Shown here: piece by piece, positions 20,515-30,755 of the stretch
Numbering within the stretch: position 1 is the stretch's first letter
Layout: each line of letters begins with the position of its first letter
Source of the DNA: a bacterium
GTDB taxonomy: Bacteria; Patescibacteriota; Patescibacteriia; S139-126
Reading direction: 5' to 3'
Assembly (NCBI GenBank): GCA_030666865.1
Contig: DAOUWZ010000003.1
Span: 19,873-83,872, forward strand
Length of the DNA: 64,000 nucleotides
Program-made: the position numbers and the translations under genes
The notes under the pieces: model-generated
Seen by the model: the letters and a program-made list of their open reading frames with translations, nothing else
Told to the model about the DNA's origin: nothing
The model's database searches: none

Positions 20515-20766
20515 ATGATTACTAAAGATTTTTTTCATCACCTTACCAAAACAATTGATTCAGTTTTTTGGGGATTATTTCTACAGGGTGTTACTTTGCT
20601 CGTGCTAGCGATTTTGATTTTTATTTTTCCCGATGCTTTGACAATACTAGCAGTTTTATTTTTTTTATGGCTGGCTTTTATTTCTTTGTTTTTAGCTTTT
20701 AAAGTTTGGATTTCAAAACGAAAATATCATAAGTATTGGGAATGGTTAGAAAAAGGAAAGGAGTAG
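20515..20766 (+). CDS. small hypothetical membrane protein (2 TM)
   Basis: 83-aa ORF with two hydrophobic helices. Translationally coupled to the next gene. Confidence 0.35.
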   Translation: MITKDFFHHLTKTIDSVFWGLFLQGVTLLVLAILIFIFPDALTILAVLFFLWLAFISLFLAFKVWISKRKYHKYWEWLEKGKE

Positions 20767-20767
20767 C

Positions 20768-21553
20768 ATGGACAAAAAAATAGTTTTTGATTTAGAAACA
20801 AAAAAAACATTTGATGAAGTAGGTGGGTATACCAATAACCACCTTTTAGGCGTAACAGTCTGCGGAGTTTATGAATATGTTACGGGTAAATATCGGGCTT
20901 ATAAGGAGTCAGAACTTGGTGAAATGGAAAAATTATTTTCCCAAGCAGATTTATTGATTGGGTTTAATTCCAAAAGTTTTGATAATGTAGTCTTGCAGCC
21001 ATATTTTACCAACCTAGATTTAAGCGGAGTGCCTCATCTTGATATTTTGGAAGAAACAGTCAAGGTTTTGGGGCACAGATTAAAATTGGAAAGCGTTGCT
21101 CAAAGTACATTATATGAAGGAAAGTCAGGCAGCGGACTTGACGCTATCAGATATTATCGTGAAGGAGATTGGGATAGTTTGATAAAATATTGTTTGGATG
21201 ATGTCAGAGTGACTAAAGAGGTGTATGAATATGGTTTGCGGCATGGAAGGTTGTGGTATCAGAATAGCGGGCAATTAACCCCTTATGAAATTTCTTGGGG
21301 CACAAGACCGACCATCATTGAACAACTAGCTCACGCTTTGGAAAGACATCAGCAGATAAAAATTGTTTATATTAAAATTGGTTCAACTGGCACTAGTAGA
21401 GAAGAAAGGATTATAGATTTGCGCGCAATGGATGAAATTAAATTTAGGGCTTATGACCATACTTTAAAAGAAGAAAGGATTTTTACTATTGCTAAAGTGT
21501 TTGATGTTGAATTGGTGGGAGAAATGGATTCTTATCAGCCATCGTTGGTATAG
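20768..21553 (+). CDS. DEDDy-type 3'-5' exonuclease domain protein with an uncharacterised C-terminal domain
   Basis: Exo I FDLET, Exo II GFNSKSFDNVVL, Exo III YCLDDVRV (Y-x3-D). Confidence 0.55.
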   Translation: MDKKIVFDLETKKTFDEVGGYTNNHLLGVTVCGVYEYVTGKYRAYKESELGEMEKLFSQADLLIGFNSKSFDNVVLQPYFTNLDLSGVPHLDILEETVKVLGHRLKLESVAQSTLYEGKSGSGLDAIRYYREGDWDSLIKYCLDDVRVTKEVYEYGLRHGRLWYQNSGQLTPYEISWGTRPTIIEQLAHALERHQQIKIVYIKIGSTGTSREERIIDLRAMDEIKFRAYDHTLKEERIFTIAKVFDVELVGEMDSYQPSLV

Positions 21554-21619
21554 ATTTATTGGTTGGAATTGTGTTTTGATTTATAATGTGGTAAATATAC
21601 ATTAGAATTAATATTTTTT

Positions 21620-22720
21620 ATGAGTAAAAAAATACGCGTCGGAATACTTTTTGGCGGGAAGTCAGCAGAACATGAAGTATCTTTGCAATCAGCCAAAAAT
21701 GTCATTAAGGCAATTAATAAAGAGAAATATGAAGTAGTACCGATCGGAATTGATAAACAAGGTAGGTGGTATTTTTATGGTGAAGCTGAATATTTGTTGA
21801 ATGTAGAGAATCCAAAATTGATAAAATTAAATAAATCAAATAAAGAAATAACAATCATCAGTAATGGTAAGGATGTTCAGTTGATTGATTTGGCTAATGG
21901 AAAGGAAATTACCGCTTTGGATGTGGTTTTCCCAGTTTTGCATGGTACTTATGGTGAGGATGGCACGATGCAGGGCTTATTAAAATTAGTTGGTATTCCG
22001 TTTGTTGGTCCGTCGGTCTTGGGGTCTGCTATATGTATGGATAAAGATGTTGCTAAAAGATTGATGACTAATGCTAATTTGTCAAATGCCAAATTCATCA
22101 CTATCAGAAAATTTGAATTTGATTTATTTGATTTTGCAGAAGTAGAAAATAAATTAGGCTTGCCAGTTTTCATCAAACCTGCGAGTCAAGGTTCTTCTGT
22201 GGGAATTCATAAAATAAAGAGTAAGGATGAATTTTATCAGGCAGTTGAAGATGCTTTTAAATATGACAATAAGATAATAATTGAAGAATATATAAAAGGT
22301 AGGGAAATAGAATGTGCTGTACTTGGTAATCACAACCCAAAGGCTTCTGTTCTTGGCGAAATAATATCGCATCATGAATTTTATTCATATGAAGCAAAGT
22401 ATATTGATGACAATGGCGCTGACCTGGAAATTCCAGCAAAAATTTCAGCCGATATTATTAAAAAAATACAGGGATTAGCGATTAAAGCGTTTAAAGTATT
22501 AGAATGCGAAGGCATGGCACGAATAGATTTTTTCTTAAAAGAAAATGGAAAAATTTTTATCAATGAGGTAAATACTATACCTGGTTTTACTAAAATCAGC
22601 ATGTATCCAAAATTATGGGAAAATTCTGGTTTATCTTATACAAGGTTGATTGGCGAATTAATCCAGCTAGCCATTGCCAGATTTGACGAAGAAAAAAAAT
22701 TGAAAATTAATTTTAATTAA
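21620..22720 (+). CDS. ddl: D-alanine--D-alanine ligase
   Basis: MSKKIRVGILFGGKSAEHEVSLQSA N-terminus and ATP-grasp motifs. Confidence 0.9.
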   Translation: MSKKIRVGILFGGKSAEHEVSLQSAKNVIKAINKEKYEVVPIGIDKQGRWYFYGEAEYLLNVENPKLIKLNKSNKEITIISNGKDVQLIDLANGKEITALDVVFPVLHGTYGEDGTMQGLLKLVGIPFVGPSVLGSAICMDKDVAKRLMTNANLSNAKFITIRKFEFDLFDFAEVENKLGLPVFIKPASQGSSVGIHKIKSKDEFYQAVEDAFKYDNKIIIEEYIKGREIECAVLGNHNPKASVLGEIISHHEFYSYEAKYIDDNGADLEIPAKISADIIKKIQGLAIKAFKVLECEGMARIDFFLKENGKIFINEVNTIPGFTKISMYPKLWENSGLSYTRLIGELIQLAIARFDEEKKLKINFN

Positions 22721-22721
22721 T

Positions 22722-23210
22722 ATGGCTAAGTTAAAACAAATTATATTAGTTTTTTTACGCCTAGCTATTGGTTGGCTTTTTCTTTGGGGATTTTTGGATA
22801 AAACGTGGGGTTTAGGATTTCCGACAGATTCAGCCAAAGCTTGGCTTGTCGGCAATTCTCCTACTTATGGTTTTTTAAAGTTTGCTACTTATGGTCCTTT
22901 AGCTCCATATTTCCAAAATTTAGCAGGTCAAGCTTGGGTAGACTGGCTATTCATGATTGGTTTACTATTAATAGGCTTAGCTCTTATTTTAGGAATTGGT
23001 ATTAGAGTAGCTGGTGTTAGCGGAGCTTTAATGATGCTGTTTATGTATTTATCACTTTTTCCTCCGCAAGATAATCCAGCAATCAATCAACATATAATTT
23101 ATATTATTATACTTTTATATTTGCCATTAACCCGAGCTAATTATTATTATGGCATGGGTCAGTGGTGGGAAAATAGAAGTTTGGTTAAGAAATACAGGTG
23201 GTTGGTTTAG
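22722..23210 (+). CDS. DoxX-family membrane protein
   Basis: LRLAIGWLFLWGFLDK... DoxX-like N-terminus. Four TM helices. Confidence 0.5.
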   Translation: MAKLKQIILVFLRLAIGWLFLWGFLDKTWGLGFPTDSAKAWLVGNSPTYGFLKFATYGPLAPYFQNLAGQAWVDWLFMIGLLLIGLALILGIGIRVAGVSGALMMLFMYLSLFPPQDNPAINQHIIYIIILLYLPLTRANYYYGMGQWWENRSLVKKYRWLV

Positions 23211-23244
23211 TTATTCCATATAAATTTAATTAGTGAATGAATTT

Positions 23245-23302
23245 AACTAGCTATTGCCAGATTTTACGAAGAAAAAAATAAAAATTAATTTTAATTAATA
23301 TG
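23245..23302. repeat. 58-bp direct repeat of the ddl 3' end (copy 2). Copy 1 is at 22664-22723.
   Basis: About 90% identity. CTAGCTATTGCCAGATTTTACGAAGAAAAAAATAAAAATTAATTTTAATTAATATG versus CTAGCCATTGCCAGATTTGACGAAGAAAAAAAATTGAAAATTAATTTTAATTAATATG. Confidence 0.8.
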
Positions 23303-23704
23303 CGAGCACGTAAATTTTATCAGGAGAGAGCTTTGAAACATTTAGTATCAATGCCATTTGTTTGGTCAGTTTTAGTGCCGCTTATTTTTCTTGATATAGT
23401 AGTTGAAGTTTATCATCATGTTTGTTTCTCTCTTTATGGTTTAGAAATAGTAGACCGGAAAAAATATATAAAAATAGATCGCCACAAATTAAAATATTTG
23501 AGTTTTCTTGAAAAAATATCATGTGCATATTGTGGTTATGCTAATGGATTAGCTGGATATACTAGTGAAATTGGCGCGCGAACCGAAGAATATTGGTGCG
23601 GAATCAAACATCAAAAGGATGCGAATTTTATTGAACCAGAACATCATCGTGAATTTGTAGAGTATGATGATGAGGAAGGATTTAATAAAAAATATAGTAA
23701 TTGA
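23300..23704 (+). CDS. hypothetical protein (TM segment, CxxC pair)
   Basis: 134-aa ORF beginning immediately after the duplicated ddl-tail repeat. Confidence 0.4.
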   Translation: MRARKFYQERALKHLVSMPFVWSVLVPLIFLDIVVEVYHHVCFSLYGLEIVDRKKYIKIDRHKLKYLSFLEKISCAYCGYANGLAGYTSEIGARTEEYWCGIKHQKDANFIEPEHHREFVEYDDEEGFNKKYSN

Positions 23705-23805
23705 TTTTTATAGAGAATATATATTTTAGATAGAATAATTATTGAATAATAAAAAAATCCACTGTAAAGCGGATTTTTTATATACTAGCTACTAACTTCC
23801 ATATA

Positions 23806-25086
23806 CTATTTTATTGGGAATTGCTTAGCTAGTTCCAAAACTTCTGATTTAATGTCAGTTAATATTTTTTCGTCATCAATATTATCAAGTGCCTTAAAAA
23901 TCAGTTCACCAATAATTTTCATTTCATTTTTTTTCATCCCGCGAGAAGTAAGCGCTGGCGTACCCATACGAATGCCAGATGGATCAAATGGTTTGCGCGG
24001 ATCATGCGGGACTGTATTTTTATTGACAGTAATTCCAGCTTGGCCGAGAGCTTTTTCTGCTTGTTTGCCGGTGATACTTTTATTATTAAGATTGATTAAT
24101 AAAAGGTGAGTCTCAGTTCCACCAGTTACTAGTTCAAAACCATGTTTTAATAGCACTTCAGCTAAAGTTTTGGCATTTACCACAATTTGTTTAGCATATG
24201 TTTTAAATTCTGGGGTAGCTGCTTCTTTAAGAGCTATAGCAATGGCAGCGGTTTGGTGATTGTGAGGTCCGCCTTGGATTCCTGGAATAATAGCGCGGTC
24301 AATTAGGGTGGGAATATTTTCCTTACTTCGTTCTACTTTTTTCAAAGGAGTAGAAGCGTTGCCGTTAGCAAGAATAATAGCGCCCCTGGGTCCGCGTAGG
24401 GTTTTGTGAGTGGTGGTTGTCACAACATCCGCTATTCCGACCGGGTTTGGATGTACACCGCCAGCCACTAAGCCGGCGACATGGCTCATGTCTGCTAGAT
24501 GAAATGCACCTACTTCATCGGCAATGGCTTGATATTTTTCCCATTCGTAAATTTGTGCATAAGCGCTGCCGCCAGATACGATTAATTTTGGTTTATGTTC
24601 TAAAGCGAGTTTGTGCATCTCATTAATATCAATAAAACCATCTTCTCGGCAGCCATATTGGATACTATTATAAATAGTGCCGGAAAAATTTAATTTTAAT
24701 CCATGAGTCATATGCCCGCCATGAAAAAGATTAAGACCCATGACAGTATCGCATGGATCTATTAGCGCAAAATAAACAGCAAAATTAGCTGGACACCCAG
24801 AATGAGGTTGAACATTGGCATGATCAGCGCCGAATAATTTTTTTGCTCGGTCGCGGGCTATATTTTCTACTTGATCAACAATTTCGCATCCTCCATAATA
24901 GCGTTGTCCAGGGTAGCCTTCGGAATATTTGTCTGTCAGACGGGAACCCAAGGCTTCCAGTACTGCTTGAGAGGTATGGTTTTCTGATGGTATCATTTCC
25001 AAGCCGTCGTTTTGACGGGCGACTTCGGCTTGAATAAGCTTGTAAATTTCTGGATCCGTTTGTTTTAGATTGGAATTGTTATTCAT
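23806..25086 (-). CDS. glyA: Serine hydroxymethyltransferase
   Basis: 426 aa. PLP-lysine region TTTTHKTLRGPRGA. Canonical SHMT. Confidence 0.95.
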   Translation of the reverse strand: MNNNSNLKQTDPEIYKLIQAEVARQNDGLEMIPSENHTSQAVLEALGSRLTDKYSEGYPGQRYYGGCEIVDQVENIARDRAKKLFGADHANVQPHSGCPANFAVYFALIDPCDTVMGLNLFHGGHMTHGLKLNFSGTIYNSIQYGCREDGFIDINEMHKLALEHKPKLIVSGGSAYAQIYEWEKYQAIADEVGAFHLADMSHVAGLVAGGVHPNPVGIADVVTTTTHKTLRGPRGAIILANGNASTPLKKVERSKENIPTLIDRAIIPGIQGGPHNHQTAAIAIALKEAATPEFKTYAKQIVVNAKTLAEVLLKHGFELVTGGTETHLLLINLNNKSITGKQAEKALGQAGITVNKNTVPHDPRKPFDPSGIRMGTPALTSRGMKKNEMKIIGELIFKALDNIDDEKILTDIKSEVLELAKQFPIK

Positions 25087-25118
25087 AAATAAAAGATTAA
25101 TAATATGTTTTTTAATAT

Positions 25119-25526
25119 TTATTTAATACTATCAAGAACAGATTGAATATTCGGGGCGCAACCCTCGGGTAAATCATCAAGCGGAAACCAATTCCAATCG
25201 TCAATATCTTCTCCCAGAGTTATGTCGCCAATTTTTTCAGCTAAATAATGAATCAATACTACATATTCGTTTTTATGATCAGGTCTTGGGATTATCATCG
25301 GCTTCAAAGGTTTGATAATTTTAATTTCAATCCCCATTTCTTCTTTTACTTCCCGCTTGGCAGTCTGTTCTAAAGCTTCACTCCAATCGTCAAAATCAAA
25401 TGATTCCAGTTTACCGCCAGGAAATTTCCATAAATTATTGTCACCATGCTGATTCAAAAGGACTTTATTATTTTCAATTATAACAGGCCCCGAGGCAATT
25501 ATTATTTTTGGGTTTGTATTAGTCAT
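25119..25526 (-). CDS. NUDIX hydrolase
   Basis: Nudix box GGKLESFDFDDWSEALEQTAKREVKEEMGI. Confidence 0.65.
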   Translation of the reverse strand: MTNTNPKIIIASGPVIIENNKVLLNQHGDNNLWKFPGGKLESFDFDDWSEALEQTAKREVKEEMGIEIKIIKPLKPMIIPRPDHKNEYVVLIHYLAEKIGDITLGEDIDDWNWFPLDDLPEGCAPNIQSVLDSIK

Positions 25527-25562
25527 ATAATTAAATTAATATTATATACTTATTATATAACT

Positions 25563-27179
25563 TTATAATTTTTTAGTCATATAAGTGCTTTCAAGTTTAT
25601 ACCCGAGTTTTTTCCGGTAATATTCTCGGACGCCGATACCAGAGATTACTGCCATTTTTTTATATCCTTTTTGTTTGGCTATTTTTTCAGCTATTTTTAT
25701 TAATTTTTTTCCCAAACCTCGATGTTGCACTTTATTTTTAGTATCGGAATCATGTCTAACTAACTGTCCATAAACATGAAGTTCGCGGATAATAGCGGCG
25801 CTAGTTAATTCCGGAAATAAAACCTCGCTTTTTTTTGAGTTGAGCCTTAGGCGGACAAATCCAAGGATAATAGACCGATCTGGTGTTTCATAAGATATGA
25901 AATATTCTAGACCTTGCCCAGCTTGGTATTTATCAATAAATAATTTTGATTTGGCTAAATTAATTTTTTTATTGCGCGCTTCCCGGCAGCGAATACAATG
26001 ACATTTAATATTTCTTTTTTCCAATTCTTGCTGAAGCATTTCTCTTAAGTTGGTAATTTTGTTGCCAGCTTGAATACTTTCTTTTGGAAAATCTCTAATC
26101 AGTCTATTTATTCGGCAGTAATATGGCACTATTTGTTTTAGTTTAATGAGAAGGTCAAAAAGTTTTTTGGCAGAGTAAGGCTGATATTTGCCTGACTGCC
26201 ACCATTTGTGTAGCGGAGCGTATTCAGATACAATAGTCGGATAGATTTTTATTTGATCTGGTTTGAAGTCTTTGTCATTAAAAATTCTTTGCAGAGTCTT
26301 TTCATCTTTTAAGGGAGTAGCACCAGGTAGGTTTTGCATTATATGATGATCTATTTTAAAGCCATTATTCCGCAACCTGTTGGTAGCTAAAGCAGAATCT
26401 TCTATAGTGTGTCCGCGCTTAATTAGATCTAAGATTTTATTATCGAGTATTTGTATGCCAAGTTGAACCCGAGTGCATCCTAATTCGCGTAACCTAATAG
26501 TTTCCTTGATAGTTACCCAGTCAGGCCTTGTTTCCAAAGTAATGCCAATGATTCTATGTTTTGAAGTTTCATTTATTTTTTGAGCTTGTTTTAGTGAGTG
26601 TGATCGGTATTTTTTTGGGATTGATTTACCTGCATATTTGTAGATAAAATAGTTAGTAGCTTCAAAACATCTTTTTATAAACCATTGTTGGTAGTCCCAC
26701 TGGTAAGCTGACCAAGTTCCACCAAGAACCAAGAGTTCAATTTTATCTGGTTGGTGTCCATTGATATACAAAGCTCGCATCCGGTTATGAACTTGATTGA
26801 ATGGGTCAAATTTATTAGCGAGCGCGCGCATTGCTCCTGGTTCAGTAGATAGATAGCTTTTTGGCATACCTGGTTCCTTTGGGCAATAAATACATTTTCC
26901 CGGACAAGGATATGGCTTAGTCAGAACAGTGATTGGTGTTACTCCTGATAGTGTTCTCGTAGCTCTTACTTTCAATAAATTTTTAATATTTTGAATATTT
27001 TTTATTTTTTTATTTTGCACCATATCTTGATATACTATACGTAGTTCATTTTTTGGTTGCGGAGCTAGCTTGTGTTGGCTGGAAATAAGCCTGTTGATAC
27101 GCATAAAATCCTCACTACTGTCAGGTGATTTGGCGATTAATTTATATATAATTTTTTCTTGTATTTTTCTTTTTGTCAT
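25563..27179 (-). CDS. Elp3-like radical SAM / GNAT acetyltransferase (tRNA U34 cm5 modification family)
   Basis: Radical-SAM cluster motif CPGKCIYCP, plus C-terminal GNAT motif QHRGLGKKLIKIAEKIAKQKG, in a 538-aa protein. This is the Elp3 architecture. Alternative start at Met26. Confidence 0.7.
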   Translation of the reverse strand: MTKRKIQEKIIYKLIAKSPDSSEDFMRINRLISSQHKLAPQPKNELRIVYQDMVQNKKIKNIQNIKNLLKVRATRTLSGVTPITVLTKPYPCPGKCIYCPKEPGMPKSYLSTEPGAMRALANKFDPFNQVHNRMRALYINGHQPDKIELLVLGGTWSAYQWDYQQWFIKRCFEATNYFIYKYAGKSIPKKYRSHSLKQAQKINETSKHRIIGITLETRPDWVTIKETIRLRELGCTRVQLGIQILDNKILDLIKRGHTIEDSALATNRLRNNGFKIDHHIMQNLPGATPLKDEKTLQRIFNDKDFKPDQIKIYPTIVSEYAPLHKWWQSGKYQPYSAKKLFDLLIKLKQIVPYYCRINRLIRDFPKESIQAGNKITNLREMLQQELEKRNIKCHCIRCREARNKKINLAKSKLFIDKYQAGQGLEYFISYETPDRSIILGFVRLRLNSKKSEVLFPELTSAAIIRELHVYGQLVRHDSDTKNKVQHRGLGKKLIKIAEKIAKQKGYKKMAVISGIGVREYYRKKLGYKLESTYMTKKL

Positions 27180-27914
27180 ATGAATGAAAAAAAAGCTAAA
27201 AAATTAATAAAAAAAGTTCAGTTAGATTATGATAAGATTGCTGATCATTTTAGTAATACTAGAAAATATCTTTGGCCGGAAATGAAAGATTGGCAAGGCT
27301 ATGTAAAAAACGGTCAAAAGGTTTTAGATGCTGGTTGCGGTTCTGGTAGGTTGTTGGAACTTTTTAAAGATAACCAAATTGAATATGAAGGAATTGATAT
27401 TTCAGCCAAGCTCATCAATATTGCTAAAAGCGAACGTAGGCAGTATAACCAAAAAAACATACATTTTCAAGTAGGTAATCTTTTATTTTTGCCATATGAA
27501 AATAAAATTTTTGATTTGATTTTTTGTGTCTCAACCTTGCAACATATTCCTAGCAGGGAAAATCGTTTTTTAGTTTTGAAAGAAATATTAAGAGTATTGA
27601 AACCTGGTGGCCGTGTATTTTTTACAAATTGGTATTTTTGGAATAATTATACAAACAAAAAATATTTGATTAAAAAACAAACACTCGTTAATTGGATAAA
27701 AGGATTTGAAAAAGGAGATATATTTATTCCTTGGCGAAGCCCGAATGGTGATTTGGTAGTCAATAGATATTACCATGCTTTCAAAAAGCCAGAGATAAAA
27801 GAATTGTTTTCGAATCTCGGGTTTGTTTTGGAAAAAAATTATATTATTGATAGGGGTAATAGTAACAAGCAAGTAGAAAGTCTTGTTACTATAGTAAAAA
27901 AACCAAAACAATAA
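27180..27914 (+). CDS. Class I SAM-dependent methyltransferase (Methyltransf_11-type, Trm9-like candidate)
   Basis: Motif I VLDAGCGSGRLL and motif II VLKPGGRVFF. Divergent head-to-head with the Elp3-like gene. Start taken at the second Met; the track ORF starts at 27159. Confidence 0.6.
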   Translation: MNEKKAKKLIKKVQLDYDKIADHFSNTRKYLWPEMKDWQGYVKNGQKVLDAGCGSGRLLELFKDNQIEYEGIDISAKLINIAKSERRQYNQKNIHFQVGNLLFLPYENKIFDLIFCVSTLQHIPSRENRFLVLKEILRVLKPGGRVFFTNWYFWNNYTNKKYLIKKQTLVNWIKGFEKGDIFIPWRSPNGDLVVNRYYHAFKKPEIKELFSNLGFVLEKNYIIDRGNSNKQVESLVTIVKKPKQ

Positions 27915-28008
27915 GGACAAAATAGTTTTCTGATTATCTCGATTTAATTATTTAAAAGTGGTAATCTACAAGTAGATAGGTGAGTAGATATTAATAATAA
28001 ATTAGATT

Positions 28009-28491
28009 ATGAGTTTAGATATTAAAGTTACTAGAAAGAAAAAAATTTCACCAGACCCGGAGCAGATAAAGGCTGATATTTCGGGGCGTTCTGGTTTTTC
28101 TTTACCGTCGTCAGAGAAGAAAGTAACAAATAATAATTCAAAAAATACTAAAAACATCAATAAAAAATATATTTGGTGGTTAATTTTTATTATTTTATTG
28201 GTTGTATTTGGATTATTAATAATGGTTATTGTTAAAGATTCTAGTTTACTAAAAAATGATAAAAAATATTCCGAAATAAAATTTTTATTAGAAAAGAGAG
28301 ATTCAGAGTCAGTTATTATTGAAGATAATGAAGTGTCATTAGTAGAAACAGAGCAAAATTTGACAGAAGAAATAGATTTAGATGTTTTGATTGAAGATTT
28401 AAATTCTCTTGATTTAGAATTGGAAGCTTTTGACCAATTCAATACAATTGAATTGGAATCAATGCAGAATATTTTATTAGAGCTAAAATAA
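28009..28491 (+). CDS. hypothetical membrane-anchored protein with acidic C-terminus
   Basis: 160-aa ORF with a single TM helix. Confidence 0.35.
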   Translation: MSLDIKVTRKKKISPDPEQIKADISGRSGFSLPSSEKKVTNNNSKNTKNINKKYIWWLIFIILLVVFGLLIMVIVKDSSLLKNDKKYSEIKFLLEKRDSESVIIEDNEVSLVETEQNLTEEIDLDVLIEDLNSLDLELEAFDQFNTIELESMQNILLELK

Positions 28492-28495
28492 TTAT

Positions 28496-29347
28496 ATGTT
28501 TAACAGAAAAATTTATTATTTACTTATAACATGTTTCATTTTAGCGCCAGTTATGACATTGGCTCAAGAAGTCGAGGGTGCTTCGTGGCAACAATCTTAT
28601 CTGATTTGGAAGAAAAGACAGCAAGAGGTTAGAGATTTTGTTGATGAAAAAAAAGGTTTAAGACGAAATGAAATAAATATTAAGACATTATTACTTCATT
28701 CAAAAACTACTGGCAGCATTTTGGAAACAGTTATTTTATTTTTAGAGAATATTAAAAATAAAATAAATTCCGCGGTCGCGGGATCACAGCTTGATAATGA
28801 AATGAAAAATAAATATATCAAAGATATTGACGATCTGACTAACAGTTTGAAAAGGTATGAAGTAAAGATTGTAAAATCTGATAATTTAGCTAGTTTACAA
28901 GAGACAATTTTTGAAATTCGTAAACAATGGTTTGAAATCCAAAGAGTTAGCCGGCAAGCGACTGGCAGGCTTAATGTAGTAAAATGGCAGAGTTTGCATG
29001 ATAGATTTTCTTCACATCTTGTTGGTGTTGAAGAAAAGATAGAATTACTTGACGAAGAACAATATGATAAAAACAAATTAGATGAAAGACTTTCTCAAGT
29101 CAGGGATTATTTAGATAAGTTTTCCAGAGAATTGATTATTGCCAAGCAAGTTTTTGACAGTACTATTACTGTCAATAATTCAGATCAGCTATATCAGGAA
29201 GGTATAAAATCTTTGCGGCAAATGAGTAGATATTTATTTTCAGTAAAAGATATTTTATTGGAAATTAATTCAATAATCAATCAAACAAAAAATATCGATA
29301 TAAATGGTGGTGAAGAACAATCTACTTCAACGCCGATTGCAAATTGA
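28496..29347 (+). CDS. hypothetical secreted coiled-coil protein
   Basis: N-terminal signal-like segment LITCFILAPVMTLAQE. Heptad-rich. Confidence 0.4.
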   Translation: MFNRKIYYLLITCFILAPVMTLAQEVEGASWQQSYLIWKKRQQEVRDFVDEKKGLRRNEINIKTLLLHSKTTGSILETVILFLENIKNKINSAVAGSQLDNEMKNKYIKDIDDLTNSLKRYEVKIVKSDNLASLQETIFEIRKQWFEIQRVSRQATGRLNVVKWQSLHDRFSSHLVGVEEKIELLDEEQYDKNKLDERLSQVRDYLDKFSRELIIAKQVFDSTITVNNSDQLYQEGIKSLRQMSRYLFSVKDILLEINSIINQTKNIDINGGEEQSTSTPIAN

Positions 29348-29348
29348 T

Positions 29349-30755
29349 ATGATTATTTTTTTTAAAAAGTTAATATTTTTATTGATTTTAATAGCCTGTA
29401 TTTTTTATGGGTTTGTTTTATATAGATATTTTCACCCATTACCTGAATCAGGTAGTTATCAAGAGCAACGTGATGAAATTTTGGCAATTGTAAATGCAGA
29501 AGAGTTTGATGTTGAAAATTTTAAAGAATTATTACAAGAACAAGCTGATTTTAAGGTTTCTGGGTGGCCGAAAAGATATTGGTATTCAGTAACATTCAAT
29601 GATCCTCAAGGCGGGATTACAATTTATCATGATACTATGATGGCCTTGGCGTTTGGTATTAAACGTCTTTATGAAGCAGAAGATCCGCTTTTTGAAACAG
29701 ATAGAATAGTTAACAATATTTTGAATAAGCGTTCTTATCTATGGCACGATTTACCCGGATCAAATCATTATGCTAGGGAGTTTGCTGGGTTAGCCGCGCT
29801 TGCCAATATTATTGGCGATACCAGGTATGAAATATATAAAGAAAAATTACACAAGTCTGTTGCCAAACTTTTTGATAAAAATGGTTCGCCACTTGAAGGA
29901 GTTTCATATGGATTGTATACTGTCAAAATGTTAGTTCCTTATGTTTATCTAACCAATGATCAAGAAATGAAGCAGGTAATAAGTAATTTTCATAAATGGC
30001 TAGAATCAGTCGCAGCTGCTGATGGTGATTTGCCGCTATTTGAAGATTCAGCGGCTTTGCAGTTGCCATTAACACCTTCATATTTTAAAGCAGCGAATGA
30101 AACGTTTTTTGCCTGGTTGGGATTTAGCAGTTTTACAGGCATTACCAACAATGCCAATGAAACTGTTTTTAGAAGGGCAAACTATACCTTATGGCATCGG
30201 CATCGGATAAATAATGTTGGTTTAAATTTACACAAACATTTTTCTGCGCTTGATATACAATTAAAAACAAATAAACACTGGTGGCTGGTAGGTTCAGGTT
30301 ATCCAGGCTGGGATCAAAAATTCGATAAGCCATATTTGCAAAACATAGTAACTAGAAAGAAAATGCTGACTAATAATTGGTGGTGGCGAATAAGCAGTTT
30401 GTTTTTTAGACAAAAACCAAAAGTATCCAATCAGAAGGGTGTATACAAAACATCGCTTGGTATTGTTAATAGAGAAATTATTAGTAGTGATAATAATATT
30501 GAGATTAAGGATTCTTGCGCCAAAGAAATTAAGGTTATCTGGAATATTAAGGGTGAAATGATAGAAAAATCCAAGATTGACAATGTTTATAAATTTGTTT
30601 TGCAACAAGATGATGAAACCATGACCATGATTATTTCTGGCACAGAAGCATTAAAAGAATATAAAGGTAAGCATGCCCTGCAAAAAAATAAAATTTTTGA
30701 ACACACCGTTTTAGAAATAAGCGGAAAGGACATTACAACAAATTTTCAGTTTTAA
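29349..30755 (+). CDS. hypothetical membrane-anchored protein
   Basis: In-frame ATG at 29349 just after the upstream stop. N-terminal TM helix. The track ORF begins at 29304. Confidence 0.4.
   Translation: MIIFFKKLIFLLILIACIFYGFVLYRYFHPLPESGSYQEQRDEILAIVNAEEFDVENFKELLQEQADFKVSGWPKRYWYSVTFNDPQGGITIYHDTMMALAFGIKRLYEAEDPLFETDRIVNNILNKRSYLWHDLPGSNHYAREFAGLAALANIIGDTRYEIYKEKLHKSVAKLFDKNGSPLEGVSYGLYTVKMLVPYVYLTNDQEMKQVISNFHKWLESVAAADGDLPLFEDSAALQLPLTPSYFKAANETFFAWLGFSSFTGITNNANETVFRRANYTLWHRHRINNVGLNLHKHFSALDIQLKTNKHWWLVGSGYPGWDQKFDKPYLQNIVTRKKMLTNNWWWRISSLFFRQKPKVSNQKGVYKTSLGIVNREIISSDNNIEIKDSCAKEIKVIWNIKGEMIEKSKIDNVYKFVLQQDDETMTMIISGTEALKEYKGKHALQKNKIFEHTVLEISGKDITTNFQF

Noticed and set aside
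22154-22855. Cluster of short minus-strand ORFs (22154..22375, 22257..22439, 22381..22602, 22667..22855) and plus ORF 22805..23005
   Set aside because: All overlap ddl or the DoxX gene in alternative frames. No independent support.
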